From positions 1-50,349 of IMG/VR virus record IMGVR_UViG_3300034161_000019: DNA of 50,349 bases. One strand, 5' to 3'. This stretch comes from a virus. Taxonomy: Duplodnaviria > Caudoviricetes. How positions within the stretch are numbered: the first letter of the stretch is position 1; each line of letters begins with the position of its first letter. The position numbers were made by a program, and so were the translations under genes. Positions 1 to 9,244 of the stretch are shown here, one piece after another. Below the pieces are notes generated by a model. The model was not told the DNA's origin, searched no databases, and saw nothing but the letters and a program-made list of their open reading frames with translations.

Positions 1-127
1 AGATAACCGCCCAGCGTGGCGTTGTAGAGAGCATTGGTGGTGTCGATCGTCACTGCATATTGCTGCGAGCCATCGGTAGAACCGACCAAAGCGCCAATCG
101 GTATCAGCGCAGAAGTGGTTGGCGTGA
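1..127. repeat. Terminal direct repeat, copy 1 (circular assembly overlap)
   Basis: Bases 1-127 are identical to 50223-50349, and the baseplate J ORF reads in frame across the join. Confidence 0.95.
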
Positions 128-416
128 ATCGCGAATAGGTGACGCTGCCCGTGGCAAAGCTGGCCGACAGCCGATAAAAGCCGAAATCTGCCATCCAGCT
201 ATCAAGGTCAGCCCCAGCAGATGTTGAGGCGCGGGTCGTGGCCAGCAGCGTGACGATCAGCTGCTGCAGCCACTGCAAGTTACTGGCGTTGCTTTCGGTG
301 ATGGCGCGCATCAGCGAACCGATAGTGAAGTCAACGAGGCCGGCGGCGCGGCCTTGTACGGCCGTCACTTGGTCCCGCACCAGTGTGGTGAAGTCTTTGA
401 TATTGAGCGATGCCAT
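1..416 (-). CDS. Baseplate J-like protein, N-terminal part (continues across the origin to 49511; about 375 aa total)
   Basis: ATG at 416 (MASLNIKDFTTLVRDQVTAVQG...DFTIGSLMRAITES). 416+712 nt = 376 codons in frame with 49511..50222. Follows the gp25/W-like gene. Confidence 0.85.
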   Translation of the reverse strand, partial: MASLNIKDFTTLVRDQVTAVQGRAAGLVDFTIGSLMRAITESNASNLQWLQQLIVTLLATTRASTSAGADLDSWMADFGFYRLSASFATGSVTYSRFTPTTSALIPIGALVGSTDGSQQYAVTIDTTNALYNATLGGY

Positions 417-417
417 A

Positions 418-783
418 TCAGCGATTTACCTCAAACGAGAGCGTCACCGGCTCGCCCAGGGGCGCATCGGTATAGCTGATATTGACGGACAGGGAGTCAT
501 TCGACGGCGTGACTGAAATCACCGGAGCGGGTTTCTTCGCTACACAATCCTCAAGCAGGATCTGCCCTCGGATCAGCGAGATGATTTCCGGGATGTTCAT
601 CAGCGCGCCGACGTAGCGACCGAGACCGGCGCCGTAAGTCGGATGGAACAGGTAGTCGCCAGGGTTGGTGATCAGCCGGCGCAAGATGCGTTGTTTGCCG
701 CGCTCCATGCCCTCGACCGGCGATAAGTCGCCTGTGGGCGACAGCGAGAGATCGTCGCCTGGGTAATGGTTGAGGTCTTTCAT
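418..783 (-). CDS. Baseplate wedge / sheath initiator (gp25/W-like)
   Basis: 121 aa with RLITNPGDYLFHPTYGAGL motif, between spike and J genes. Confidence 0.8.
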   Translation of the reverse strand: MKDLNHYPGDDLSLSPTGDLSPVEGMERGKQRILRRLITNPGDYLFHPTYGAGLGRYVGALMNIPEIISLIRGQILLEDCVAKKPAPVISVTPSNDSLSVNISYTDAPLGEPVTLSFEVNR

Positions 784-1367
784 GCGACCGGCACTCCAGA
801 GATGCCGGCGCCAGCAGTGACGCCGCTGGTACGGTGCAGTTTGAGAGAGATCGTGTCGGCCTTGACGTCACCACCAGTCACCACGACACCCGTGCTGTCG
901 GTGACGGTCAGGGTGTGGTCCATGGTGATGGGGCCGCCGGTAAAGTGGTGCGCCGGGGCGTCGTAGTTGATGGCTACGCCCGAATGCACAGAGACGGTGC
1001 CGTCGGTATTGAGCTTGATGAATGAACCGGTTTTGTGCAGAAGCCACGTCTCACCGCTAGGGACCGGCGGCGGTGTGTTCGTGTCGTTGAAATGCCGGCC
1101 AGTGATGCGCCCGAGGTTGGGATCTCCGTTATCGAAGGTCACTGTGACCTCGTCGCCCAGTTGTGGGCCGACCGCAACGCCCCAGCCATTACCCACGCCT
1201 ACCGCATCAAGCTGAATCCACCCAGTTTCCAAGTTCTCCGGCTGGATCGTCACCTTGACGGTGTAACTCCCCTTGTCGTAGCTGGAAATGGTCCCGGTGC
1301 GCGGATAGGTATAGCCGTTGTGCTGGTACTGGCGCTGTTCATTCAGCAGTTGGCTCATTGCGCTCAT
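780..1367 (-). CDS. Baseplate central spike (gpV-like)
   Basis: OB-fold-like N-terminus (ETGWI...GPQLGDEVTVTF), beta-repeat body, C-terminal ISLKLHRTSGV. Confidence 0.85.
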   Translation of the reverse strand: MSAMSQLLNEQRQYQHNGYTYPRTGTISSYDKGSYTVKVTIQPENLETGWIQLDAVGVGNGWGVAVGPQLGDEVTVTFDNGDPNLGRITGRHFNDTNTPPPVPSGETWLLHKTGSFIKLNTDGTVSVHSGVAINYDAPAHHFTGGPITMDHTLTVTDSTGVVVTGGDVKADTISLKLHRTSGVTAGAGISGVPVA

Positions 1368-2470
1368 GGCAGCACCATCGAATTGGGGTTATGGTTTTTG
1401 GCGTTCACGCTCATCGTGTAGCCACCCTCAAAACTCAGGGAGCGGCGCACCGAATCGGCGTAATAGAGCTGGTCGAAATCCGAATTCGTGCCCTCGACAC
1501 GGATGATCGTGTTCGGCATCAGGATGTTGTCGCCCGGGAGCGAACAACTGATTCGCATTTCGTGGTCGGTGATCTGCTTGTGCAGCTTCTGTGCGAGCTG
1601 TTGCGCGGCTTGGCGATCAAGGCCGCTGCGCACGATGCTGTAGACCTGCCGTTTTGGCGTGGCGTTGCCCGGTGCGATGCCTTTGGCGCCGCTGTTCGGG
1701 TAGGTCTCGGTGTAAGCCTTGCCGCCTTTCCATGAGCGAACCGAAACGGTGACGCCTTTGGCCAAGGTCAGATCGCGCTCAACGTCCAGGCCTTCCGTGG
1801 TGTTGCACATGGGAAAGGCCAGCTCACCAGGCGGCACCCAGCGGATCAGGTATTGATCCGTTGTCGCCGGATCGAGTGCGGGCTCGTAATGCAGTTCGTT
1901 ACCAACGACATAGGTCTGAAAACCGTCCATGCCGGCGAAGTAGGAGATCAAGTCCCACTCCGAGCGCTCGTCATTGATATGGGTGTGGTCGAACTTCGTG
2001 ATGGCGCCCACGCTGGTGGTAGTCGTCGTCACAACCGGCGTCAGCCCGTGGCGCGCGGCCAGCATGTTGGCGACCTGACTGGTGGTGTAGTTGGAAAACT
2101 TCTCGCTGGTCTTTGTGTCGATCAGCTTGCTGGTGTAATCCCGGCCATCGACGGTCACCTCGAAGCGCGACATGTTGACGACCGGCTTGTCCACACCACC
2201 AATAATCAAGGTTTTCCAGTTCACCGACGACTGATCAATCAGCCCAACGGAAATGGTCACCTCAATCGATGTCTGCTGACTCCACCAACGCACCGTGTTC
2301 ATCGGGTCGGGCATACCGGTAATCGGGAAAGTCGCCGAGAACGTGTCCGCCGAGTAAAACGAGTTGCTGTCGACGCTGAAAGAGAAATACGGCACTTCCG
2401 TCCCATTCAGCAGCACGCGCCCAATGACCTGCCGCGCCCCGGGTGTGACGTCGGCTTGATTCAGGTCCAT
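1364..2470 (-). CDS. Baseplate hub (gpD/Mu gp44-like)
   Basis: 368 aa; GRDYTSKLID, SEWDLI and C-terminal 'YYADSVRRSLSFEGGYTM' pattern; synteny. Confidence 0.75.
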   Translation of the reverse strand: MDLNQADVTPGARQVIGRVLLNGTEVPYFSFSVDSNSFYSADTFSATFPITGMPDPMNTVRWWSQQTSIEVTISVGLIDQSSVNWKTLIIGGVDKPVVNMSRFEVTVDGRDYTSKLIDTKTSEKFSNYTTSQVANMLAARHGLTPVVTTTTTSVGAITKFDHTHINDERSEWDLISYFAGMDGFQTYVVGNELHYEPALDPATTDQYLIRWVPPGELAFPMCNTTEGLDVERDLTLAKGVTVSVRSWKGGKAYTETYPNSGAKGIAPGNATPKRQVYSIVRSGLDRQAAQQLAQKLHKQITDHEMRISCSLPGDNILMPNTIIRVEGTNSDFDQLYYADSVRRSLSFEGGYTMSVNAKNHNPNSMVLP

Positions 2471-3456
2471 TACTCACCTATCGGGATTTTGATCGTCTGG
2501 ATGCCGTTAAGCTGCGGATCGGCCGCGTTGTTGACCTGGCCCAGAATCGGCCACTTGGATTGGTCGCCATAGGCGTCGGCGGCGATCTTCTGCAGGCTGG
2601 AATTGCTGGTCGTGACGCTTGACGTGCCGTTGGCCAGCGGCCCGGACAACACGTTCTTTTGCAGCCTTCCGAGCACGCTCTGCATCTGGTACAGCGGCGC
2701 CAACTGGGTCAGCGCGGCACCCTGGCGAAGCACGTTGTTGGCTGCTGTCGAAATTGGGTTGCCAGGAATCAGACCGCCCAGCGTGGTTATGTCGTTGATC
2801 GACGCACCCACCTGGGCAATGGTTGACTGCACGATGGCCTGGGCCGCTACCAGTGGCCGAATAACCGTCTGCACGGTGCTGATCGTCGCATTTGCGAAGC
2901 CCTGCACCTGCGACACAGCATCCTTCACTGCGGCAATGCTGCTGGTCACGGCGTCCGAATTGATGATGCTGGACAAGCCCAGCGTTTCGCCGACGTCGCT
3001 ATTCACCAGTGCGTCCAGCGTGCCGGACAGCGCGTTTTCGGTGATCGGCGCATCCAAACGGTCGATGATGGTCAGCTCGATGCTGTACCGGCGCCGGTAT
3101 TCGAACTCGAAGACCGGCGTGAAGTTGGAAATCAGCACGCTGAAGTAGTAGGAGCCGATGCTCAACGACAGCGGCTGGCCGTCGTTGCGCATCGTTTCCA
3201 GTTCGGTGACGCGCTCCTGCGCGGTGGCGCCGATGATCCACCCCGACCAAGAAATTGGGTCGTAATCGACCCCCATCACATCGATGACGCGCCGCCCCCC
3301 AACCAGCTTGTGGATAACCAGCTGCTGTTTACCCGCGCCTGGAGTGGCCGACTCTGGGACCTCCAGACCGGAGAACTCGAAATCACCCAGGATCACCCGA
3401 GTGGCAAATGGGTCCCCGTCCGGAGCAAAATTGTCCAGAAAACTTGTAAAGCTCAT
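2470..3456 (-). CDS. Tail tube initiator / gpU-like with C-terminal LysM-like (gpX) domain
   Basis: C-terminus SLQKIAADAYGDQSKWPILGQVN..IKIP is LysM/gpX-like; directly follows the tape measure gene. Confidence 0.65.
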   Translation of the reverse strand: MSFTSFLDNFAPDGDPFATRVILGDFEFSGLEVPESATPGAGKQQLVIHKLVGGRRVIDVMGVDYDPISWSGWIIGATAQERVTELETMRNDGQPLSLSIGSYYFSVLISNFTPVFEFEYRRRYSIELTIIDRLDAPITENALSGTLDALVNSDVGETLGLSSIINSDAVTSSIAAVKDAVSQVQGFANATISTVQTVIRPLVAAQAIVQSTIAQVGASINDITTLGGLIPGNPISTAANNVLRQGAALTQLAPLYQMQSVLGRLQKNVLSGPLANGTSSVTTSNSSLQKIAADAYGDQSKWPILGQVNNAADPQLNGIQTIKIPIGE

Positions 3457-3459
3457 TGA

Positions 3460-5490
3460 TTAAGTCCTCGGAACGACGAGGCTTGAACTGCCTGGCCTCA
3501 ACATACTGCGGGATGGGTCGAAGCCTTGGGTGCCGGTGTTTGGCCGGCCAGCTTCGCGGGCCTGATGCATCGTGACCGACTCTCCAACCTTTTTTCCGTC
3601 GAGAATGATGCTGCTGTGCACCTGAATCGGCATGTTCTGCTTGTTCGGGATAGGCACCACCAACTTACCGCCGCCATCCGCGCCACGGAAGTCATCCGCG
3701 AAGGTGGTCTTGGATATCTGCATCGAGGCCGGGAGAATCGTGTTTGCGCCGGCGATCAGCGTATTGAAGATCGTCTGCCAGCCAGTCAGGAAGACCAGTG
3801 CGAACGACTTGAATGCACCACCGATATCGCCATTGAACAGTTTGATAAAACCCGACTTGATGTCGCCCCACATCAATTTTAGTGCGCCGCTGACCTCCTT
3901 CCAGTTGTTCCAGAGCAGGAAGGCAGCAAGAGCAATCGCGGCGATGACCAGGCCGATTGGGTTCATCAGGAGTGCGCGGCCGAGCCACAGGATTGCGTTG
4001 CCCGTGCTCATAACGAACATGACGAGGTAGGTCCCCATCCTGGCTATCCATGGAATCATTGGCGCCAGCGCGGTGCCCGTGACGAACATCAGCGCCTGAC
4101 CCAGCAACCAGAAGCCGCGTCCGGCGGCGATGATCATGTTGATCAGGCCGCCGGCAATCAGGAAAGCCGACAACCCCATCAATGCGTAGGTGAAGGTTTT
4201 GACCTTTTCAGGGTTGGCGTTGATCCACGCCGTCATTTTGATGATTTCAGCGTTCAGCGCAGCAACTGCTTTGATCGCCAGGGGCAATACCGCATCACCA
4301 AGAGCAAGCATCAGGTCTTTCCACTTCGCGGCGAGCTGAACCTCTTTGCCGGAAAGGGTTTTGTCTGTCACTGCAACCGAGGCGTCAATGCCTAGGGCTT
4401 TATGCTGCGCTTCAAGCGAATGGTGCAGTTTCTCGATGTTCTTGTCTATCAGGGTGAACATCGCGCCGCCGGTAGATCCGAAAAGCATGGCGTTCGACTG
4501 TCCAATAGCCGAGTCAGAAGTTATGCCCAGCCGCTTGTGCATCGGCATGATGACTTTTTCGTAAAACTCGGCAGGGTTTTTGCTGAGCAATTCCGCGTCA
4601 ATCATCGGATTGCCTTTGAATGCCTTGATACCGCCGGCCTTGTTCCAGATGACCTTGTTCTCATCCCAAATCTTGTTTGCAACGAGCTCATGCGCGACCT
4701 GATTGGGGATTCTAACAATGCCGTTCATGCGGTTATAGGCTGTTCTGAGCGATACGCCGGCCGTTGATCCTTTCAGCATCGTGATGATCGGTTCCAGCAT
4801 GGCCACAGCGTCATCGGTCATGTTCATGGCTGCAATACCACCTCGCGCCTTGAATTGGCGTAGCTGCTCCCAGTTCACCGAGCCGCCGGACGTTTGCGTC
4901 ATCTTCCAACCGGCATCGGCTAGCTCATTGAAGCGCTGAGGCGACTTCAGGCCGCCCGAGTCTTCGATATAGCGCATCATCGCCATGCTACTGGTACGCA
5001 TAACAGCTTGTGTTTCTTCGCTCAGACCAGATGTCGCATAGGCAATCTTGGCAAGGGTCGGCGCGGCAATTTTGGCGCCTTCTAGCGCTTCCATGCCCGG
5101 CAGACCGCTCTCTCGAAAAACACCTTGCGCTTCAGTGAAGAGCTTCATATTCGTAGTGATACTGGAGCCGATAGAGTTCATCCCTTTGACGAACCGCTCA
5201 GACTCCGCATTAACCGAGTCAGACATGCCATACAGCGAGAACTTGGCCATTTCCGTCTGAAATTTCTTTGCCTCTTCCAGCGGGGCCTTGAACAAGGCGG
5301 CAATCGCCAGCCCTCCGCCGAGCATTGCACCGCCGACAGCGGCTTGCTTGCCGATGGAGGCCAGCTTGGCGTTGAGTTTGTCAGCGTCTTGCCCGGCCCC
5401 CATCAGGCTTTTGCTGATAAGGGCCATGCCGGCGCTGACGTGGTTGATCAGCGACAGCTTGACAGCGACGGAATAGGCTTCGGCTGTCAT
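3460..5490 (-). CDS. Tail tape measure protein
   Basis: 676 aa, Ala/Gly-rich and helical with hydrophobic segments (MNPIGLVIAAIALAAFLLWNNWKEV); position in tail module. Confidence 0.85.
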   Translation of the reverse strand: MTAEAYSVAVKLSLINHVSAGMALISKSLMGAGQDADKLNAKLASIGKQAAVGGAMLGGGLAIAALFKAPLEEAKKFQTEMAKFSLYGMSDSVNAESERFVKGMNSIGSSITTNMKLFTEAQGVFRESGLPGMEALEGAKIAAPTLAKIAYATSGLSEETQAVMRTSSMAMMRYIEDSGGLKSPQRFNELADAGWKMTQTSGGSVNWEQLRQFKARGGIAAMNMTDDAVAMLEPIITMLKGSTAGVSLRTAYNRMNGIVRIPNQVAHELVANKIWDENKVIWNKAGGIKAFKGNPMIDAELLSKNPAEFYEKVIMPMHKRLGITSDSAIGQSNAMLFGSTGGAMFTLIDKNIEKLHHSLEAQHKALGIDASVAVTDKTLSGKEVQLAAKWKDLMLALGDAVLPLAIKAVAALNAEIIKMTAWINANPEKVKTFTYALMGLSAFLIAGGLINMIIAAGRGFWLLGQALMFVTGTALAPMIPWIARMGTYLVMFVMSTGNAILWLGRALLMNPIGLVIAAIALAAFLLWNNWKEVSGALKLMWGDIKSGFIKLFNGDIGGAFKSFALVFLTGWQTIFNTLIAGANTILPASMQISKTTFADDFRGADGGGKLVVPIPNKQNMPIQVHSSIILDGKKVGESVTMHQAREAGRPNTGTQGFDPSRSMLRPGSSSLVVPRT

Positions 5491-5521
5491 AATGACATTC
5501 CCTTTCGTGGTGGTGGGTCAC

Positions 5522-5764
5522 ATGGCGAACAATCAGCGCACGTATCAGTGGGTCAACGGCAGAATTCAGGATGTCGGGTCAATGCAGGCCATCGATCCGC
5601 CCGAGGCCAAACCGCGACCGCCGCGACCGGCCATCAAGAGTCAGTCACCAATCGGAATTCAGGCTGGGCTGTTCGTCTTCACGTGCAGCAGCCTTATTCT
5701 GGTTTTCGCAGTACCGGTGCTGGTAGTGGTGCTTTACGTGATTTATTCAGTCGTGTTCGGCTGA
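5522..5764 (+). CDS. Small antisense membrane protein (moron), 80 aa
   Basis: ATG 5522 after a GGTGG SD-like sequence; long C-terminal hydrophobic segment; fills the gap between two late genes. Confidence 0.6.
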   Translation: MANNQRTYQWVNGRIQDVGSMQAIDPPEAKPRPPRPAIKSQSPIGIQAGLFVFTCSSLILVFAVPVLVVVLYVIYSVVFG

Positions 5765-5766
5765 AA

Positions 5767-6252
5767 TTACAGGCCAGAGTTGTAACCGAGCGAGGCATGG
5801 ATCATCGACCCGCCGACGAGTCCAGTCACGGTAGCCATGCCCAGCACACGCCGGATGTACTCCTTGTTACGCAAGATAGCCGGACCCATGACTGGGCGCG
5901 CCGGTATTTTTAGCGTGCCGAATTCGTGATAGATCATCTTCTCATCCGTTGAGCCGATCACCGCTTCCAGCGTGTGCGTGGTGTGCGTGATGCTTCCTTG
6001 CATATCCCCGCTTGCCAGCAGCGGCGCGCCGGCCGGGTAGCCGTTCTTCGATTTCTGCTCTTCTGTGGAATCGGCCAGGTCAGCCCAGGCCGGGAACGGG
6101 CCAATACCGGACTGATAATGGCCGATCTCGTCCCGCGCGGTCTTCTCGACCTTTTTGGCGCACTTCTCCAGCCCGGCGTGCAGGCTGGCAAGTAGCGCCA
6201 CCTCTTGGGCAGCCATATGCAGCGCCAGAGCGCCCAGACTATTGAAATGCAT
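5767..6252 (-). CDS. HK97 gp10 / Mu gpG-like virion morphogenesis protein
   Basis: PLLASGDMQGSI...AVIGSTDEKMIYHEFGTLKIPARPVMGPA motif; ATG 6252 with AAGGA SD. Confidence 0.7.
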   Translation of the reverse strand: MHFNSLGALALHMAAQEVALLASLHAGLEKCAKKVEKTARDEIGHYQSGIGPFPAWADLADSTEEQKSKNGYPAGAPLLASGDMQGSITHTTHTLEAVIGSTDEKMIYHEFGTLKIPARPVMGPAILRNKEYIRRVLGMATVTGLVGGSMIHASLGYNSGL

Positions 6253-6254
6253 GG

Positions 6255-6446
6255 TCAATCCTTCTTGTCGAATTGCAGGCTGGACCAATTCCAGTCGCCT
6301 GCACCCTCAAACTCGGAAAACATGATTGTGAAAGCCATGCGCTCATAGTCGGCCAGCGGCCCGCAATCAAAAACCCGATCAAAAGGAACCCCGTTTTTCA
6401 CCAACCAGCAGCGGCTGCGAAAATCGGGGTCCGTTGTCAGTTTTTT
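6255..6446 (-). CDS. Tail assembly chaperone -1 frameshift extension (gpT-like part of G-T fusion)
   Basis: Slippery A AAA AAC at 6446-6440 just before the TAC stop; -1 frame open for 61 codons (LTTDPDFRSRCWLVKNGVPFD...WNWSSLQFDKKD) to TGA 6257-6255. Confidence 0.8.
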   Translation of the reverse strand, partial: KKLTTDPDFRSRCWLVKNGVPFDRVFDCGPLADYERMAFTIMFSEFEGAGDWNWSSLQFDKKD

Positions 6447-6844
6447 GCTGCGGCCTGCTCAGCGCTGAGCGCCTGCTGTGCGGCTTCAGCTTCTTGCTTT
6501 GCCTTGGCTGCTTCATATTCGGCGATCATGTGCTTCTCGATGGCGGAATAGCCATCGTCACCCAGCTCTGCCAGCACGGCATCGATCTGCTTGGCGGTCT
6601 GTGGCAAGCCAAAACCAACATCGTCGATGAAGACGACCGACGCAGCAGGGAAAGCAAAGGCGCTCATGTAGGGGCCGTTTGCGGACAGCTCGCCGCCAAC
6701 CGCCACGATAATCCGCGACCTTTGCAGTGGATCCAGGGTGCGCAGTTGAATGTTACGTCCGCGACTATCCTGAATCGACGTGAATTTTGGTTTCTGGTCA
6801 ACGTGAACAGGCGCAACAGGTTCGGTAACGGTAATTTTAGCCAT
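6437..6844 (-). CDS. Tail assembly chaperone (gpG-like)
   Basis: 135 aa after the tube gene, ending AAKN at the slippery site. Confidence 0.8.
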   Translation of the reverse strand: MAKITVTEPVAPVHVDQKPKFTSIQDSRGRNIQLRTLDPLQRSRIIVAVGGELSANGPYMSAFAFPAASVVFIDDVGFGLPQTAKQIDAVLAELGDDGYSAIEKHMIAEYEAAKAKQEAEAAQQALSAEQAAAKN

Positions 6845-6937
6845 GGGTAAAACCTCTGGTCAGTGAGTCGTCAAGGAGCATGGCGTGCGGGGTGACGAGT
6901 CCCGCGCCCTGCGTGCCGGGCTGCCATGCAAAACTGT

Positions 6938-7363
6938 TTAAACCTTGCGGCGTCGGCGAGCAGTAAAGGCCATCGACTGATTGATGGTCTTATCGCCTGC
7001 TTTGTCGCCAGCGTTTTCCATAGTCAGAATCACGTGCGTGTAGCGCCAGGTGGTGATACCTCCACCAACCTCCGTAATAACTTCGGTGATCGTCGCAGGA
7101 TCACGGTTTACGCCGTTGTAGTAGTCGTCTTCGGCCTGCGCTTGCCAGTCATCCAGAGCAGAATCGACTCGCTCTGCGTCAAAACTGCCAGTCCAGCCCT
7201 TGTAGAGCTGGAGCTCGTCAGTTTCGCCATTGAGCGGAACGATTTCGATATTCGTGACTTTCGGCTTCGACTTGAAATTCATCAGTTTTTTGAGCCGGAG
7301 CGGCCCATAGGGCGTATTGATGTCAATCGAGACATCCCTCCCCGTGTTGTATCCACCTTGCAT
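6938..7363 (-). CDS. Tail tube protein
   Basis: About 141 aa, beta-rich, directly after the sheath gene; GGAG SD before ATG 7363. Confidence 0.75.
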   Translation of the reverse strand: MQGGYNTGRDVSIDINTPYGPLRLKKLMNFKSKPKVTNIEIVPLNGETDELQLYKGWTGSFDAERVDSALDDWQAQAEDDYYNGVNRDPATITEVITEVGGGITTWRYTHVILTMENAGDKAGDKTINQSMAFTARRRRKV

Positions 7364-7377
7364 GGCGTTCTCCAAAT

Positions 7378-7402
7378 GAAAAACCCGGCGCTAGGCCGGG
7401 CT
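7378..7402 (-). terminator. Intrinsic terminator between sheath and tube genes
   Basis: CCCGGC-CTAGC-GCCGGG followed by TTTTT on the - strand. Confidence 0.65.
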
Positions 7403-7419
7403 GGGAAGTGGTTCAGCGC

Positions 7420-8976
7420 TTAGGCGCGCGGGGTGGCGGACGCAACGATCGTGACGGACTGGCCGGCTTCGAGGTTGACGAGGAAGTAGCGGATCACTGA
7501 CAGATATTTGACCTGTACGTCAGCCTGCATGTAGCCAAGAGCAACCCGTGAATCAGGATTGTTGGTGGCATCGATCTGCACCGAAAAAGCCGGGCCGCCA
7601 TTGACGTCGCCGATCATCCCCTGCTGAGCCAGGATCTGGAGAAAGCTTTCCATGGTCGACTTGGTGGTGCGGCGCACATCCGGCGTCTGCAGCTGACCGA
7701 TCACGCCGCCGAACGAGGCAGCAATGGTCAGTGAGATGAAGTTGGTCATCCGGGTGTAGTTGTCGCCGTTCACCGCGCTGTTGCTGGAGCAGTTCAGGCC
7801 GGAGCGATGGCCGAAGTAGCTGCCGCCAGGGCAAGGATTGGTGACTACGTCCAGGCGCGCAGAGTTGATCGCGCCGATCTCGGCAATGCTGTACGGCTGC
7901 TGCGACAGGTTGCGCTGGGTCGATACCGCGTTGGTGATCGGCTTGTTCAGTGAGCTCTGGTTCGGCGATTGCGCGGCGATCTTGGCTGCCGAGAAGGTCG
8001 CAGGAGCGATCATGCGCAGTTGCCCGTTGACTTGGTCCTGCCAGTACACCCAGTCCCCGACCATGACTTTCAGCGTGTAGCTATCGCAGCCGGCGGTGCT
8101 GAGCGCGGTACCAACCGTGACGTAGGAAGCGCCCGCAGCGCCCTGCGTGACCATATAGCAGCCTTCGGACAGGCCGTAGGTAACCATGGTTGGCCATTGG
8201 GTGCCGTCAGTGAGGTCTACCAGGTTGGCGACCTGTGCCCCGCTGCCGCGCAGGGCGTACATACCCTTGCGCGTCGAGCCAGTCACGCCATCTACGCCGA
8301 TCAGCACTGCGTCTGTGATGGTTGTGTTGCCGGAGGTGCCAGTCGTGAACGCAATGGTCTGGGTGACAGCGACAGGAGCCAAAGAGGTGGCGCCGACAGT
8401 GGCGATCACCAACTGAGACGGGCCGCGAATGCCGGATTGACCGTTGTTCACGGCACTGACGATGTTCTGCCAGAGCGCCAAGCCAGAGCCGGTGATGTTG
8501 TCGAACACTTCCGGCGCTACGCCTGGCAGCGAGACGGTCAGCTTCCAGCTGGAGGCGGCCGAACCGGTTGCCAGCGTAGCGCTCAGCGAGTTTCCGAGGG
8601 TGCCGGTGTAGAACGCGGTCAGGGTTGCGCCTGTTGCTGCGGCGGTATCCTTGAGCGTGCCGGCTGCAGCAGTATCAGTGCCGTCAGTTACGCGGACTGC
8701 ACGAATATTCGACGCGCCGCCCTGGATCGAAACGGCAATCGCGGTGCACAGGTCGTACTTGCGCACGGTCTGTGTGCCGAACTTCTGCGAAGCATCACCA
8801 GGCGAACCGATCAGTGTTGCGCTGTTAACCGGACCCCAGTCAGATACGCCGACGATGCCGAGAATGTCAGTTGCCACGCCGTTGATGTAGCGGGTCTTTG
8901 GCGGAACGATCTGGATGTACAAATCTGGCGCGGTGAGCGCTGCCGTGTTCAAGCCGCCTGCCGGATAGATGGGCAT
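7420..8976 (-). CDS. Contractile tail sheath protein
   Basis: 518 aa; N-terminal APDLYIQIVPP..GIVGVSDWGPVN; C-terminal NNPDSRVALGYMQADVQVKY. Confidence 0.9.
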   Translation of the reverse strand: MPIYPAGGLNTAALTAPDLYIQIVPPKTRYINGVATDILGIVGVSDWGPVNSATLIGSPGDASQKFGTQTVRKYDLCTAIAVSIQGGASNIRAVRVTDGTDTAAAGTLKDTAAATGATLTAFYTGTLGNSLSATLATGSAASSWKLTVSLPGVAPEVFDNITGSGLALWQNIVSAVNNGQSGIRGPSQLVIATVGATSLAPVAVTQTIAFTTGTSGNTTITDAVLIGVDGVTGSTRKGMYALRGSGAQVANLVDLTDGTQWPTMVTYGLSEGCYMVTQGAAGASYVTVGTALSTAGCDSYTLKVMVGDWVYWQDQVNGQLRMIAPATFSAAKIAAQSPNQSSLNKPITNAVSTQRNLSQQPYSIAEIGAINSARLDVVTNPCPGGSYFGHRSGLNCSSNSAVNGDNYTRMTNFISLTIAASFGGVIGQLQTPDVRRTTKSTMESFLQILAQQGMIGDVNGGPAFSVQIDATNNPDSRVALGYMQADVQVKYLSVIRYFLVNLEAGQSVTIVASATPRA

Positions 8977-8991
8977 GGCTTTCTCCTAATG

Positions 8992-9018
8992 AAAAAGCCG
9001 CCTCAATGGGCGGCTTCT
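8992..9018 (-). terminator. Intrinsic terminator upstream of sheath gene
   Basis: AAGCCGCC-CATTGA-GGCGGCTT followed by TTT on the - strand. Confidence 0.65.
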
Positions 9019-9037
9019 TGTATGTGGGTTTCGCCTG

Positions 9038-9244
9038 TTAGGCGTTGGCGACTTTCAGGACGTTGCCCGCGCACTCGCCGGCCAGTACGGCTGCGACTTC
9101 ATCGGCATCGGCGATCTCTTGGCCGACTTGGTAGTCAGCAAAGGCGAACTTGACGGTCAGCTTGAAGGGCGATGCTGCTTTAGCCTTTGAGGCCGGGGCA
9201 GCCACGGGAGTATCTGGGGTATCGGAGTCCATGACGGGCCTCAA
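9038..9244 (-). CDS. Small virion-associated protein preceding sheath
   Basis: 64-68 aa ORF in operon order. Confidence 0.55.
   Translation of the reverse strand: MRPVMDSDTPDTPVAAPASKAKAASPFKLTVKFAFADYQVGQEIADADEVAAVLAGECAGNVLKVANA

Noticed and set aside
1-127. Terminal direct repeat as a biological DTR
   Set aside because: It is 127 bp (a common assembler k-mer) and falls mid-gene in baseplate J, so it is best read as a circularisation overlap.
5459-5464. Perfect TTGACA as the -35 of the moron promoter
   Set aside because: It lies 23 bp from CATAAT, too far for a sigma70 pair; the extended -10 reading is preferred.
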